Origin: Candidatus Binatia bacterium
Lineage (GTDB): Bacteria > Desulfobacterota > Binatia > HRBIN30
Assembly (NCBI GenBank): GCA_038245295.1
Contig: JBBRSP010000005.1
Coordinates: 128,001-192,000 of the forward strand
Direction: 5' to 3'
DNA: 64,000 nucleotides
A program made the translations under genes and the position numbers. Every line of letters begins with the position of its first letter. Position 1 is the first letter of the stretch. This document shows, piece after piece, positions 56,872 to 64,000 of the stretch. The notes below the pieces were generated by a model. That model saw nothing but the letters and a program-made list of their open reading frames with translations. It did not search any database and had not been told where the DNA came from.

Positions 56872-58400
56872 GCGTGCCCCTCGGCGCCACCCATCAGCAA
56901 GCCGAGTTGTTGCACATCGAACGGCCGTGCCAATGCTTCGCTGACGCGGCCGCGATACAACACGACGACACGGTCGCTCGAATCGAGGACTTCATCGAGA
57001 TCCGTCGACACCAGCACGATGGCACAACCACGCGCCGCGATATCACGCAGAGCTTCGAGCACGGCGCGCGACGCGGCCAGGTCGAGGCCACGTGTCGGGT
57101 TCACTACGACCAGGACACTGGGTTCGCCGGCCAGTTCGCGAGCGATGACTACACGTTGCTGATTGCCGCCGGAAAGCTCCGAGGCGAGGGCCGAGGGCCC
57201 AGAGCAATGGATCGCGTATCGGGCAATGAGGTCGTTGGCAAATGCTTCCACGGCCGCCGGCTGAAACAAGCCATAGCGACTCAAGCGATTGAGGTGACGA
57301 CGATGCAACAGAAGGTTCTCACGCACGCTCATGGCTAGAACGAGCCCCTGGCGATGGCGATCCGGCGGGATATGCCCGATCCCCTCTTCCAACGCGGCAT
57401 CCGGCGAATATGTCTGTCGTTCTATACCGTTGACAACGACCCGCCCGGCCACCGGTCGTTGCAGCCCGACAAGCGCTTCGAAGAGCTCGCGCTGGCCATT
57501 CCCGTCGACTCCGGCAATACCCAGGATTTCGCCCCGATGAACCACGAGGCTTGCCTCGCTCAAACCAACTTGGCCACCTTCATCAGCGACGCTGAGGCGA
57601 TCAATTTCCAGAACCACGCTACCCGTTTTGACCGCCGACGGCCGGCTCACGGGAGCGTCCATATGACCAACCATGTGTTCGGCCATCTCCGCTTCGCTGA
57701 GCGCGCCAACCGCATACGTGCCGACCAGAGCGCCGCGGCGCATGATACTGACTCGATCCGCCAGTTCGCGCACCTCGCGCAACTTGTGGGTGATGAACAA
57801 GATCGTCAGACCGCGGGCCTGGAGACGGCGCAGCATCTCGAACAAGCCGGCCACTTCGTGCGGCGTCAGGACGGCGGTCGGTTCGTCGAGAATCAACACA
57901 CGGTCGGCGCGCGCCAGCGCTTTGAGGATTTCCAGGCGTTGCCGGGTACCCACCGGCAAATCGCGAACGAAGAGATCAGGGTCCGGCAGGTCGAGGCCAA
58001 TCTCGGTGGCAAGCGCGCGCGCCTTCTGTGCGACCGCGCCCAGGTCCAAACGCCAGGCTCCCGGATGACTCAGACTGAGCGCCAGATTCTCCGCCACTGT
58101 CAGCGCTTCGACCAGGGTAAAATGCTGATGCACCATGCCGATCCCGTGAGCCGCCGCGTCACGCGGCGAACCCAAGGTAACCGGACGACCGTCGACTTCG
58201 ATACTGCCGGCGTCGGCCGCGTAAACGCCGGCAAGGATCTGCATCAGTGTCGACTTGCCGGCGCCATTCTCGCCGAGAATGGCGTGGACCTCGCCCTTGG
58301 CAAATCGCAGCGAAATGTCGTCGAGGGCATGCACCGCCCCAAAGTGCTTGTGTAGGCCATGCACCGCCAGTGCGGCTGCTGGTTCGGCGGCGCGCTCCAC
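56868..58400 (-). CDS. ABC transporter ATP-binding protein (fused double NBD)
   Basis: GENGAGKST, LDEPTAVL and LSGGNQQ motifs. Confidence 0.93.
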   Translation of the reverse strand: MERAAEPAAALAVHGLHKHFGAVHALDDISLRFAKGEVHAILGENGAGKSTLMQILAGVYAADAGSIEVDGRPVTLGSPRDAAAHGIGMVHQHFTLVEALTVAENLALSLSHPGAWRLDLGAVAQKARALATEIGLDLPDPDLFVRDLPVGTRQRLEILKALARADRVLILDEPTAVLTPHEVAGLFEMLRRLQARGLTILFITHKLREVRELADRVSIMRRGALVGTYAVGALSEAEMAEHMVGHMDAPVSRPSAVKTGSVVLEIDRLSVADEGGQVGLSEASLVVHRGEILGIAGVDGNGQRELFEALVGLQRPVAGRVVVNGIERQTYSPDAALEEGIGHIPPDRHRQGLVLAMSVRENLLLHRRHLNRLSRYGLFQPAAVEAFANDLIARYAIHCSGPSALASELSGGNQQRVVIARELAGEPSVLVVVNPTRGLDLAASRAVLEALRDIAARGCAIVLVSTDLDEVLDSSDRVVVLYRGRVSEALARPFDVQQLGLLMGGAEGHA

Positions 58401-58413
58401 GAACGGATCCGGC

Positions 58414-59400
58414 TCAGAACTCGGCGGTGGGGACTTTCACGGAACCGTTGCGAATGCCGTCCTGCATTTCAGCAAGCTTCTTCTTTACCTCGGCGGGAAT
58501 CTTATCTTCGAGCTTCGGGTTCAGAACAAAGGCGATCACGCCATCGGCCATTCCCTTGCGCTCTATCTTGCCCTCGAACTTCCCCTCTTTTACTTCACGC
58601 GCAATCTGCACGAAGGCTTGCGGGATATCGATGGTCGCGGAAGCGATGACCACGTCGGGAGCAACCTCGTTCTGGTTCTTATTGCTACCGAAGGCATAGA
58701 CCTTGTTATCCTGCGCCGCTTGAAAGACCCCCAAGCCAGCGGCGTCGGCGTTGTGGAACAAGAAGTCGCAACCCTGTTGAGCCAAAGCGGATGCTGCGGC
58801 CTTCGCGCCACCGACATCTTCCCAATTCCCCAGGTATGTGACGGCAATGCCAAAGTTTGGATTGACCTGTTTGGCACCGGCTTCGAAGGCAAGGACGGTG
58901 CTTTTCACCGAGGGTAACTCAACGCCCCCAACGACGCCCGCCTTGCCGCTCTTCGACATTGACGCCGCCAAAACACCCTCGAGGAATGTCGCTTCCTCGA
59001 GAAGAAAACGGATCGGCGCGACATTCTTGCGAACTGTGTTGCCGGACGTGGTGATGAACACCGTCCCCGGATAGTCGGGAGCGACCGCCGCGGCTGCTTC
59101 CTGAAACTCGAATCCATGCCCAAACACCAACTGGTAGCCACGACGTGCGAAGTCGCGGAAGCCCTCTTCGAATTCAGCCGGTGTCTTGGTTTCGATCTGA
59201 CTGACTTCGGCACCGAGCTTCTCATGAATTGACTGAAGCCCCTCGTAAGCCAGCGCGTTCCAACCCGCATCACTAATTGGACCCGGGCTCAGCAACGCCA
59301 CCTTGAATGGTTTTGGTGCATCGCCTTCGGCAGCAGACACAAGCCGCGCGGTTGCAGCAAGCACCGCCAAGGCACAAGTGTAGGAGACGAGTCGTATCAT
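58414..59400 (-). CDS. BMP-family substrate-binding protein
   Basis: signal peptide; ISDAGWNALAYEG, GHGFEF and GLGVFQAA motifs. Confidence 0.92.
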   Translation of the reverse strand: MIRLVSYTCALAVLAATARLVSAAEGDAPKPFKVALLSPGPISDAGWNALAYEGLQSIHEKLGAEVSQIETKTPAEFEEGFRDFARRGYQLVFGHGFEFQEAAAAVAPDYPGTVFITTSGNTVRKNVAPIRFLLEEATFLEGVLAASMSKSGKAGVVGGVELPSVKSTVLAFEAGAKQVNPNFGIAVTYLGNWEDVGGAKAAASALAQQGCDFLFHNADAAGLGVFQAAQDNKVYAFGSNKNQNEVAPDVVIASATIDIPQAFVQIAREVKEGKFEGKIERKGMADGVIAFVLNPKLEDKIPAEVKKKLAEMQDGIRNGSVKVPTAEF

Positions 59401-59512
59401 GCTTGGCTTATAGCCCAGCCAGACAACCGGGCAACAAGCAGCGACAGGGCTGATGAGCGTCCTTGGACCGTCCGCCGCGTAATCGCGGCAGACGGTCCGG
59501 CATCATCCAACG

Positions 59513-60931
59513 TCAGGGCTGGGCTGGCTCGATTCGAACAATGATTTGCTCTTGCGGACCGACGTTGCCGTTGACGTCACGCAACCGCGCCGTCAGCAGC
59601 GTGTCGCCGGACGGGAATGGCATCACGCCATCAACGGCACCGCAAAACTGCGTCGTCGTTTCGGTGCTGACGAAGCCATAGTCGCCGTTAGAGAAAAGAA
59701 CACACGCCTCGGCGCGTGTCCTGGCGATCGGGTTGCCTGCACCATCGCGGAAGCGACACGCAAAATCGTTGACCGCATCGATGGTCGACTCCGACAAGTC
59801 GAACGCCGGAGGATTGATCGCCGGAATACCACCGCCAATGACCGGCGTACCCTCAGCACGCGGATCGGTAATATCGCACACGGCGAGACTACCGTTGCCG
59901 AGGGTGCGATTGCTTTGGATCTGCAGGTCCGGAAACGTCACGAGGTCGGGTTGGTAAGAGGACGGGGCCACCTGGTAACCGAATACGCCAGGGGCACCCT
60001 CGACGACAATCGAGAACCCTGAGCCGTTCGAGCGGCTGAATACGGGTGTACCGTCGGACGCTTCGCCGGTCGGCAGCACCTCGGTCCCATCGGCTCGGAT
60101 GATCCCGAAGAACGTGATCTTCGGACCAATACCGCTGCCCGGCGTTGATGTGGCGCGTGGTGTGGCCGTGGCCGGTGGTGTCGGCTGCGGTAAAACGCGC
60201 ACGACGATCGATGCTGAACCGCCAACGTTGCCGGCGACGTCACGCAGACGCGCCGTCAAGCGTGTATCACCGACTGCCAAGGCAAAGGTGCTGGAGACGG
60301 CACTGCAGTATTCCGTCGTACTCGTCTCGTCTACAAAGTTGTAATCGCCCGAGGGGTACAGCACACAGGCGTTGTTGCGGTCGGTGATGGCCAAAGGATC
60401 ACCAACACCATCGCGGAATCGGCAGGCGAAATCATTGATGGCCCGCAAATTCGCTGGATCACCGAGATTCGGGGGATCAACGGCAGGCACACCCCCGGCA
60501 TTGGGCGGCAAGAGATCGCAGACCGCGCTACTACCGTTCCCCAGAGCCCGCGAGGTAACGATCTGCAGATCCGGCAAACCGGAAAGGTCTTCCGTGTAAC
60601 TCGAGGTACCGACAGGAGAGCCGCTTGCCCCAGGGCGTCCTTCGACGACAAGAGCAAAGCCGGAACCTCCCGTGCGCGTAAACAGCGGCGACCCATCGGA
60701 GGCCGTTCCACTGGCAGGTAGCAACGACCCGTCGGCACGCGTCAGCCCAAAAAATGTTACCTTGGGGCCCTGCGAAACGTCGGGCGTTCGCGTCGGCGTC
60801 GGCCTCGTGGTTGCTGTTCCGATGGCGGTCGCTGTGGCCTGGGGAGCGACATGATCATTGCCCCCTCCGCCACCACATCCTGAGGCGCCGCCTGCAAGCA
60901 GCGCGCAAACCAACACTCCCCACTTCTTCAT
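59513..60931 (-). CDS. lipoprotein with two copies of an unrecognised ~190-aa four-Cys module
   Basis: GGAGGTGGAGGA SD; MKKWGV...GASGC lipobox; two GPK(V/I)TFFG modules separated by Pro/Thr linkers. Confidence 0.85.
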   Translation of the reverse strand: MKKWGVLVCALLAGGASGCGGGGGNDHVAPQATATAIGTATTRPTPTRTPDVSQGPKVTFFGLTRADGSLLPASGTASDGSPLFTRTGGSGFALVVEGRPGASGSPVGTSSYTEDLSGLPDLQIVTSRALGNGSSAVCDLLPPNAGGVPAVDPPNLGDPANLRAINDFACRFRDGVGDPLAITDRNNACVLYPSGDYNFVDETSTTEYCSAVSSTFALAVGDTRLTARLRDVAGNVGGSASIVVRVLPQPTPPATATPRATSTPGSGIGPKITFFGIIRADGTEVLPTGEASDGTPVFSRSNGSGFSIVVEGAPGVFGYQVAPSSYQPDLVTFPDLQIQSNRTLGNGSLAVCDITDPRAEGTPVIGGGIPAINPPAFDLSESTIDAVNDFACRFRDGAGNPIARTRAEACVLFSNGDYGFVSTETTTQFCGAVDGVMPFPSGDTLLTARLRDVNGNVGPQEQIIVRIEPAQP

Positions 60932-61022
60932 TCCTCCACCTCCCTTGACCACTGATCCAGTGGTCTCCACATGCGCCGCGACAGTACCGCGACGGCGCTC
61001 CGATGACAAACCAAAATGACGT

Positions 61023-63797
61023 CTATGAGCCCACCCGGATGATCAATTGTCGGGGCGCACCGACGTTGCCGCTTTGATCGCGCAACCGTACCGTCAGTAG
61101 CGTATCGCCGGCCGGGAACTCGAACGAGCGATCGACCGGTGCACAGTACTGCAACATCGGTTGCTTTGCCGGATCGGCGAAGCCGAAATCGCCGTTGTCA
61201 TACTGCACGCAGGCATCATTGGACCCGCGCCCGAGCGACTCGCCGGCACCGTCGACAAAACGGCAGCCGAGATCGTTGGCCATGGCGATCTGGGCGGCAG
61301 AAAAATCGGGCGGGGCGCCGGCCGGAACGCCGCCGAGGGTTGGCGCGGTGCGATCACAAACGTCTGTGCTGCCATTGCCGAGATCGCGCGAGGCGAGGAT
61401 CTGCAGGTCCGGGAAGTCGGTCAGGTCGGCCTGGTAGGTTGAAACGCCCAGCGCAGCGCCGCTGGCACCTGGTTTGCCCTCGACGACGATTGAAAATGCG
61501 GCGCCGACAGGCCGCACGAAGAAATTCACGCCGGTGTTCGTCACACCGCTCGGCTGCAGCAAGGAACCGTCGAAGCGCGTCAGCCCCAGATATGTAATCT
61601 CCGGACCAGCGAAGGCGATGGTCGGCGACGCGGTTGGCGTCGCCATCCGACTCGGAGTCCGGGTCGGTGCCGCGGGCAGGGTCCGAGTCGGCGACGGGCG
61701 CAGCGTTTGCGTCGGCCCGCCCGGAGTCAGGGTTCGGGTCGGCGTGAGGCTCCGCCCCGGTGTTGGCGTCGATGGAGGTGTGGGCGTCGGCGTGGCCGGT
61801 TCGGGAGTGGGGCTTGGCGATGTAGCAACCCGGATGATGATTTGTGCCGTAGGTCCGGGATTGCCGGTTCCCGGTGGGTCAAAGTCTTCCGTTTGATCGA
61901 GAAGGCGCACGGTCAGCAGCGTGTCGCCGGGCTGAAATTCGAGCGCCCTGCCGACAGGCGCGCAGAACTGAATCTGGCTCTTGGCAGGGAGAACCAGTCC
62001 GTACTCGTCGGTTGGCGGGATCCTGGTACACGCATCCGGTGCCAATCCACCACGGCCGCGCGGGTTACCCTCCCCATCAATGAATCGACAGCCAAAATCA
62101 TTCACAGCGCGAAGGGTATCGCCGTTGGTCTGGTCAAAATTTGGTGGGTCAATCCCTGGAACGCCGCCCGGGGAGCTTCCGAAGCGATCGCAAACCGCGT
62201 CGCTCCCGTCGCCGAGTGCCCGTGACGCAATAATCTGCAGATCGGGCAGTGCGCTCACGTCATCCACAAACGAATCGACGCCGACTGCCAGTTGGCTGGA
62301 GCCGCGTCCGCCTTCGACCACTATCCCGAAGCCAAAACCGCTCGGCCGGACAAAGATAGGAATGCCATCGGCTGTCGTGCTCGTCTGGGCAAGCAGGGTG
62401 TCGTCTTGTCGGGTTAAACCGAAGTAGGTGACAAGCGGCCCGGGCGGTGCCGTCGGAGATACGGTTCGCGTGCGCGTGATGGTCGGCGATGGCGTCGCCG
62501 ACGGGGAGGATGTCGGGCTGCGTGTGCGCGTCCGCGTCGGTGTCGGCGTTGACGGCGGCGGTATTGTTGCGCTGCGCGAAGGGGAAGAGGTCGGCGGCAC
62601 CGAGCGGGTGGGTGAAGCACTTAGGGTCGGCGTCGAGCTCGGCACTTGCACGAGGGGGGTTCGCGTCAGGCTCGGTGTGGCCGACGGCGTCGATGTCACC
62701 GATGGCGAGGCAGTGCGGGTCGGAGTCGCGGTTCGTGTCGGTGTTTCCGTCGGCAGCGCCGTTGGCGGCTCGGGTGTCAAGGTCGGCGTGCGCGTCGCTA
62801 GCGCTGTGAAAGATCGCGTCGGGCTCGGTCGCGCGGTGTTGGTCGGACTTGGCGTGCGTGTGGCAGTGCGTGTAGCCGCACTGGTGCGGGTCGGCGTGCG
62901 CGTCGGCGGCGGCACGGTTTTCGTCGGCGTTGGCGTGAAGGTTCCCGGGTTTGGGCCACTGCCGACGCGCACGAAGAATTGGCGCTGCGCGCCGACGGTA
63001 CCCTCCGTATCGCGAACCAGGACAGACACCAGGCTATCACCATCGGGGAATGCCAGGTTGCGACTGACCTGGACACAGTACTGAACCTGCGTTCCGCTAC
63101 CGGCAAAGTGGGGTACACTGAATTGATCGACGGTGCAGGCAAAATCGTTCTTCGTCGACACCACAAAATTGCAGGCGAGATCGTTGAGGGCGTTGGCAAC
63201 GCGCAGCGACGGACCGAAATCGGGCGGCACGATGGCCGGAACACCGCCGTCACAGACGACGGGACTACCGTCGCCAAGCGGCGACGTGCTCTCGATCCAC
63301 AGATCGGCGCGCCCCGCGCCACTACCCGGATCGCCCGCCATCACGGTCTCCCCCGGACGCACTCCGTTGCTCCCGGAACGCGCTTCGACGACGACCTTGA
63401 ATCCGGTGCCCGCGTTGCGAAAGAAAATCGGCACACCGAAACGATTGCCGATGGGCGTCGACGGATTGCCATTTGCGCCGGCGACACCGACATACGTGAT
63501 CTTTGGGCCGCTCGGCGATGGAGCTGCTTGCAATTGCAGCGAAGTCGTCAGATCGGCCACGCTGACACGACCGTCTACGTTGACGTCTGCAGCGGGACAA
63601 CTAGTGGCGCCCGCAAATGGAAGCCCCACCAAAGCAGCAACGTCGGCGGCGTCGACGTTGCCATCGCAGTTTGCATCGCCCGGTTGCTGAGCAGCGATGC
63701 GGCGCGCGCCAGCTGTGATCAACACAAGGCCGATCAGCCATCCACACATCCACCACATTGAAAGGGACGCGATTCTCTTGTTTGAGGAATCTCTCAC
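61023..63797 (-). CDS. secreted protein with N-terminal dockerin-like domain, three copies of the same module and long Pro/Thr linkers
   Basis: signal peptide; PGDANCDGNVDAAD...ADVNVDGRVSVAD; three GPx(I/V)TY modules. Confidence 0.85.
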   Translation of the reverse strand: MRDSSNKRIASLSMWWMCGWLIGLVLITAGARRIAAQQPGDANCDGNVDAADVAALVGLPFAGATSCPAADVNVDGRVSVADLTTSLQLQAAPSPSGPKITYVGVAGANGNPSTPIGNRFGVPIFFRNAGTGFKVVVEARSGSNGVRPGETVMAGDPGSGAGRADLWIESTSPLGDGSPVVCDGGVPAIVPPDFGPSLRVANALNDLACNFVVSTKNDFACTVDQFSVPHFAGSGTQVQYCVQVSRNLAFPDGDSLVSVLVRDTEGTVGAQRQFFVRVGSGPNPGTFTPTPTKTVPPPTRTPTRTSAATRTATRTPSPTNTARPSPTRSFTALATRTPTLTPEPPTALPTETPTRTATPTRTASPSVTSTPSATPSLTRTPLVQVPSSTPTLSASPTRSVPPTSSPSRSATIPPPSTPTPTRTRTRSPTSSPSATPSPTITRTRTVSPTAPPGPLVTYFGLTRQDDTLLAQTSTTADGIPIFVRPSGFGFGIVVEGGRGSSQLAVGVDSFVDDVSALPDLQIIASRALGDGSDAVCDRFGSSPGGVPGIDPPNFDQTNGDTLRAVNDFGCRFIDGEGNPRGRGGLAPDACTRIPPTDEYGLVLPAKSQIQFCAPVGRALEFQPGDTLLTVRLLDQTEDFDPPGTGNPGPTAQIIIRVATSPSPTPEPATPTPTPPSTPTPGRSLTPTRTLTPGGPTQTLRPSPTRTLPAAPTRTPSRMATPTASPTIAFAGPEITYLGLTRFDGSLLQPSGVTNTGVNFFVRPVGAAFSIVVEGKPGASGAALGVSTYQADLTDFPDLQILASRDLGNGSTDVCDRTAPTLGGVPAGAPPDFSAAQIAMANDLGCRFVDGAGESLGRGSNDACVQYDNGDFGFADPAKQPMLQYCAPVDRSFEFPAGDTLLTVRLRDQSGNVGAPRQLIIRVGS

Positions 63798-64000
63798 CGC
63801 GGCAGCACCCTACCGGATGCACCAGTCGCGCTCAACGCGCAGCGCGAGAAGTTGCACGCCATAAGCAGCGCGAAATTGTGCGCAGGAAATTTCTCATCTC
63901 TTGCCGTCATCGAGTTGACAGAACGCTGAATAATTCCGGTCCCAATGCGTGTACCTGTTCGGCCAAGATGCCCGTCATAAGGCTCATTCGTCTTCACCCA

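Noticed and set aside
62428..63084. Val/Gly-rich repetitive ORF on the plus strand (also 61474-61896)
   Set aside because: Antisense reading of the Pro/Thr linkers of the 61023-63797 gene.
63794..63997. 67-aa ORF at the right edge
   Set aside because: No recognisable motif or coding bias; more likely the upstream region of the secreted-protein gene.

Overview
GC-rich bacterial chromosomal window. It is probably from a Candidatus Binatia/Binatota-like deltaproteobacterium; this is inferred from the CxGDC dockerin-like domains and Pro/Thr-linker secreted proteins. The left arm (1-27.8 kb) is mostly housekeeping and lipid metabolism: pheA-hisC-tyrA-aroA-cmk, a B12 radical SAM, plsC, an RluA-family enzyme, ilvD, an ABC-F ATPase, an FGGY kinase, an SCP2-thiolase/MaoC pair and a molybdopterin oxidoreductase. 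The middle (about 27.8-42.1 kb) is an accessory patchwork with no integrase or tRNA. It holds an IS4-like MITE inserted into a REP and an AT-richer divergent array of 82-bp hairpin units. It also holds intact and decayed toxin-antitoxin modules, a DUF2075 nuclease-helicase, an orphan HsdM, two SHOCT lipoproteins and an Rpn-family nuclease with a likely intragenic antitoxin. Most module junctions carry REP-like repeats. The right arm has an F420 LLM/phosphotransferase pair, glpD, an archaeal-type glmU-glmS-phosphohexomutase cluster, metY with a metX-metW fusion, and a BMP ABC transporter. It ends with two secreted proteins built from five copies of an unrecognised ~190-aa four-cysteine module. 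The best candidates for an undescribed system are the 82-bp structured repeat array, the repeated-module surface proteins and the REP-delimited defence/TA patchwork. All calls were made by eye with no database searches.
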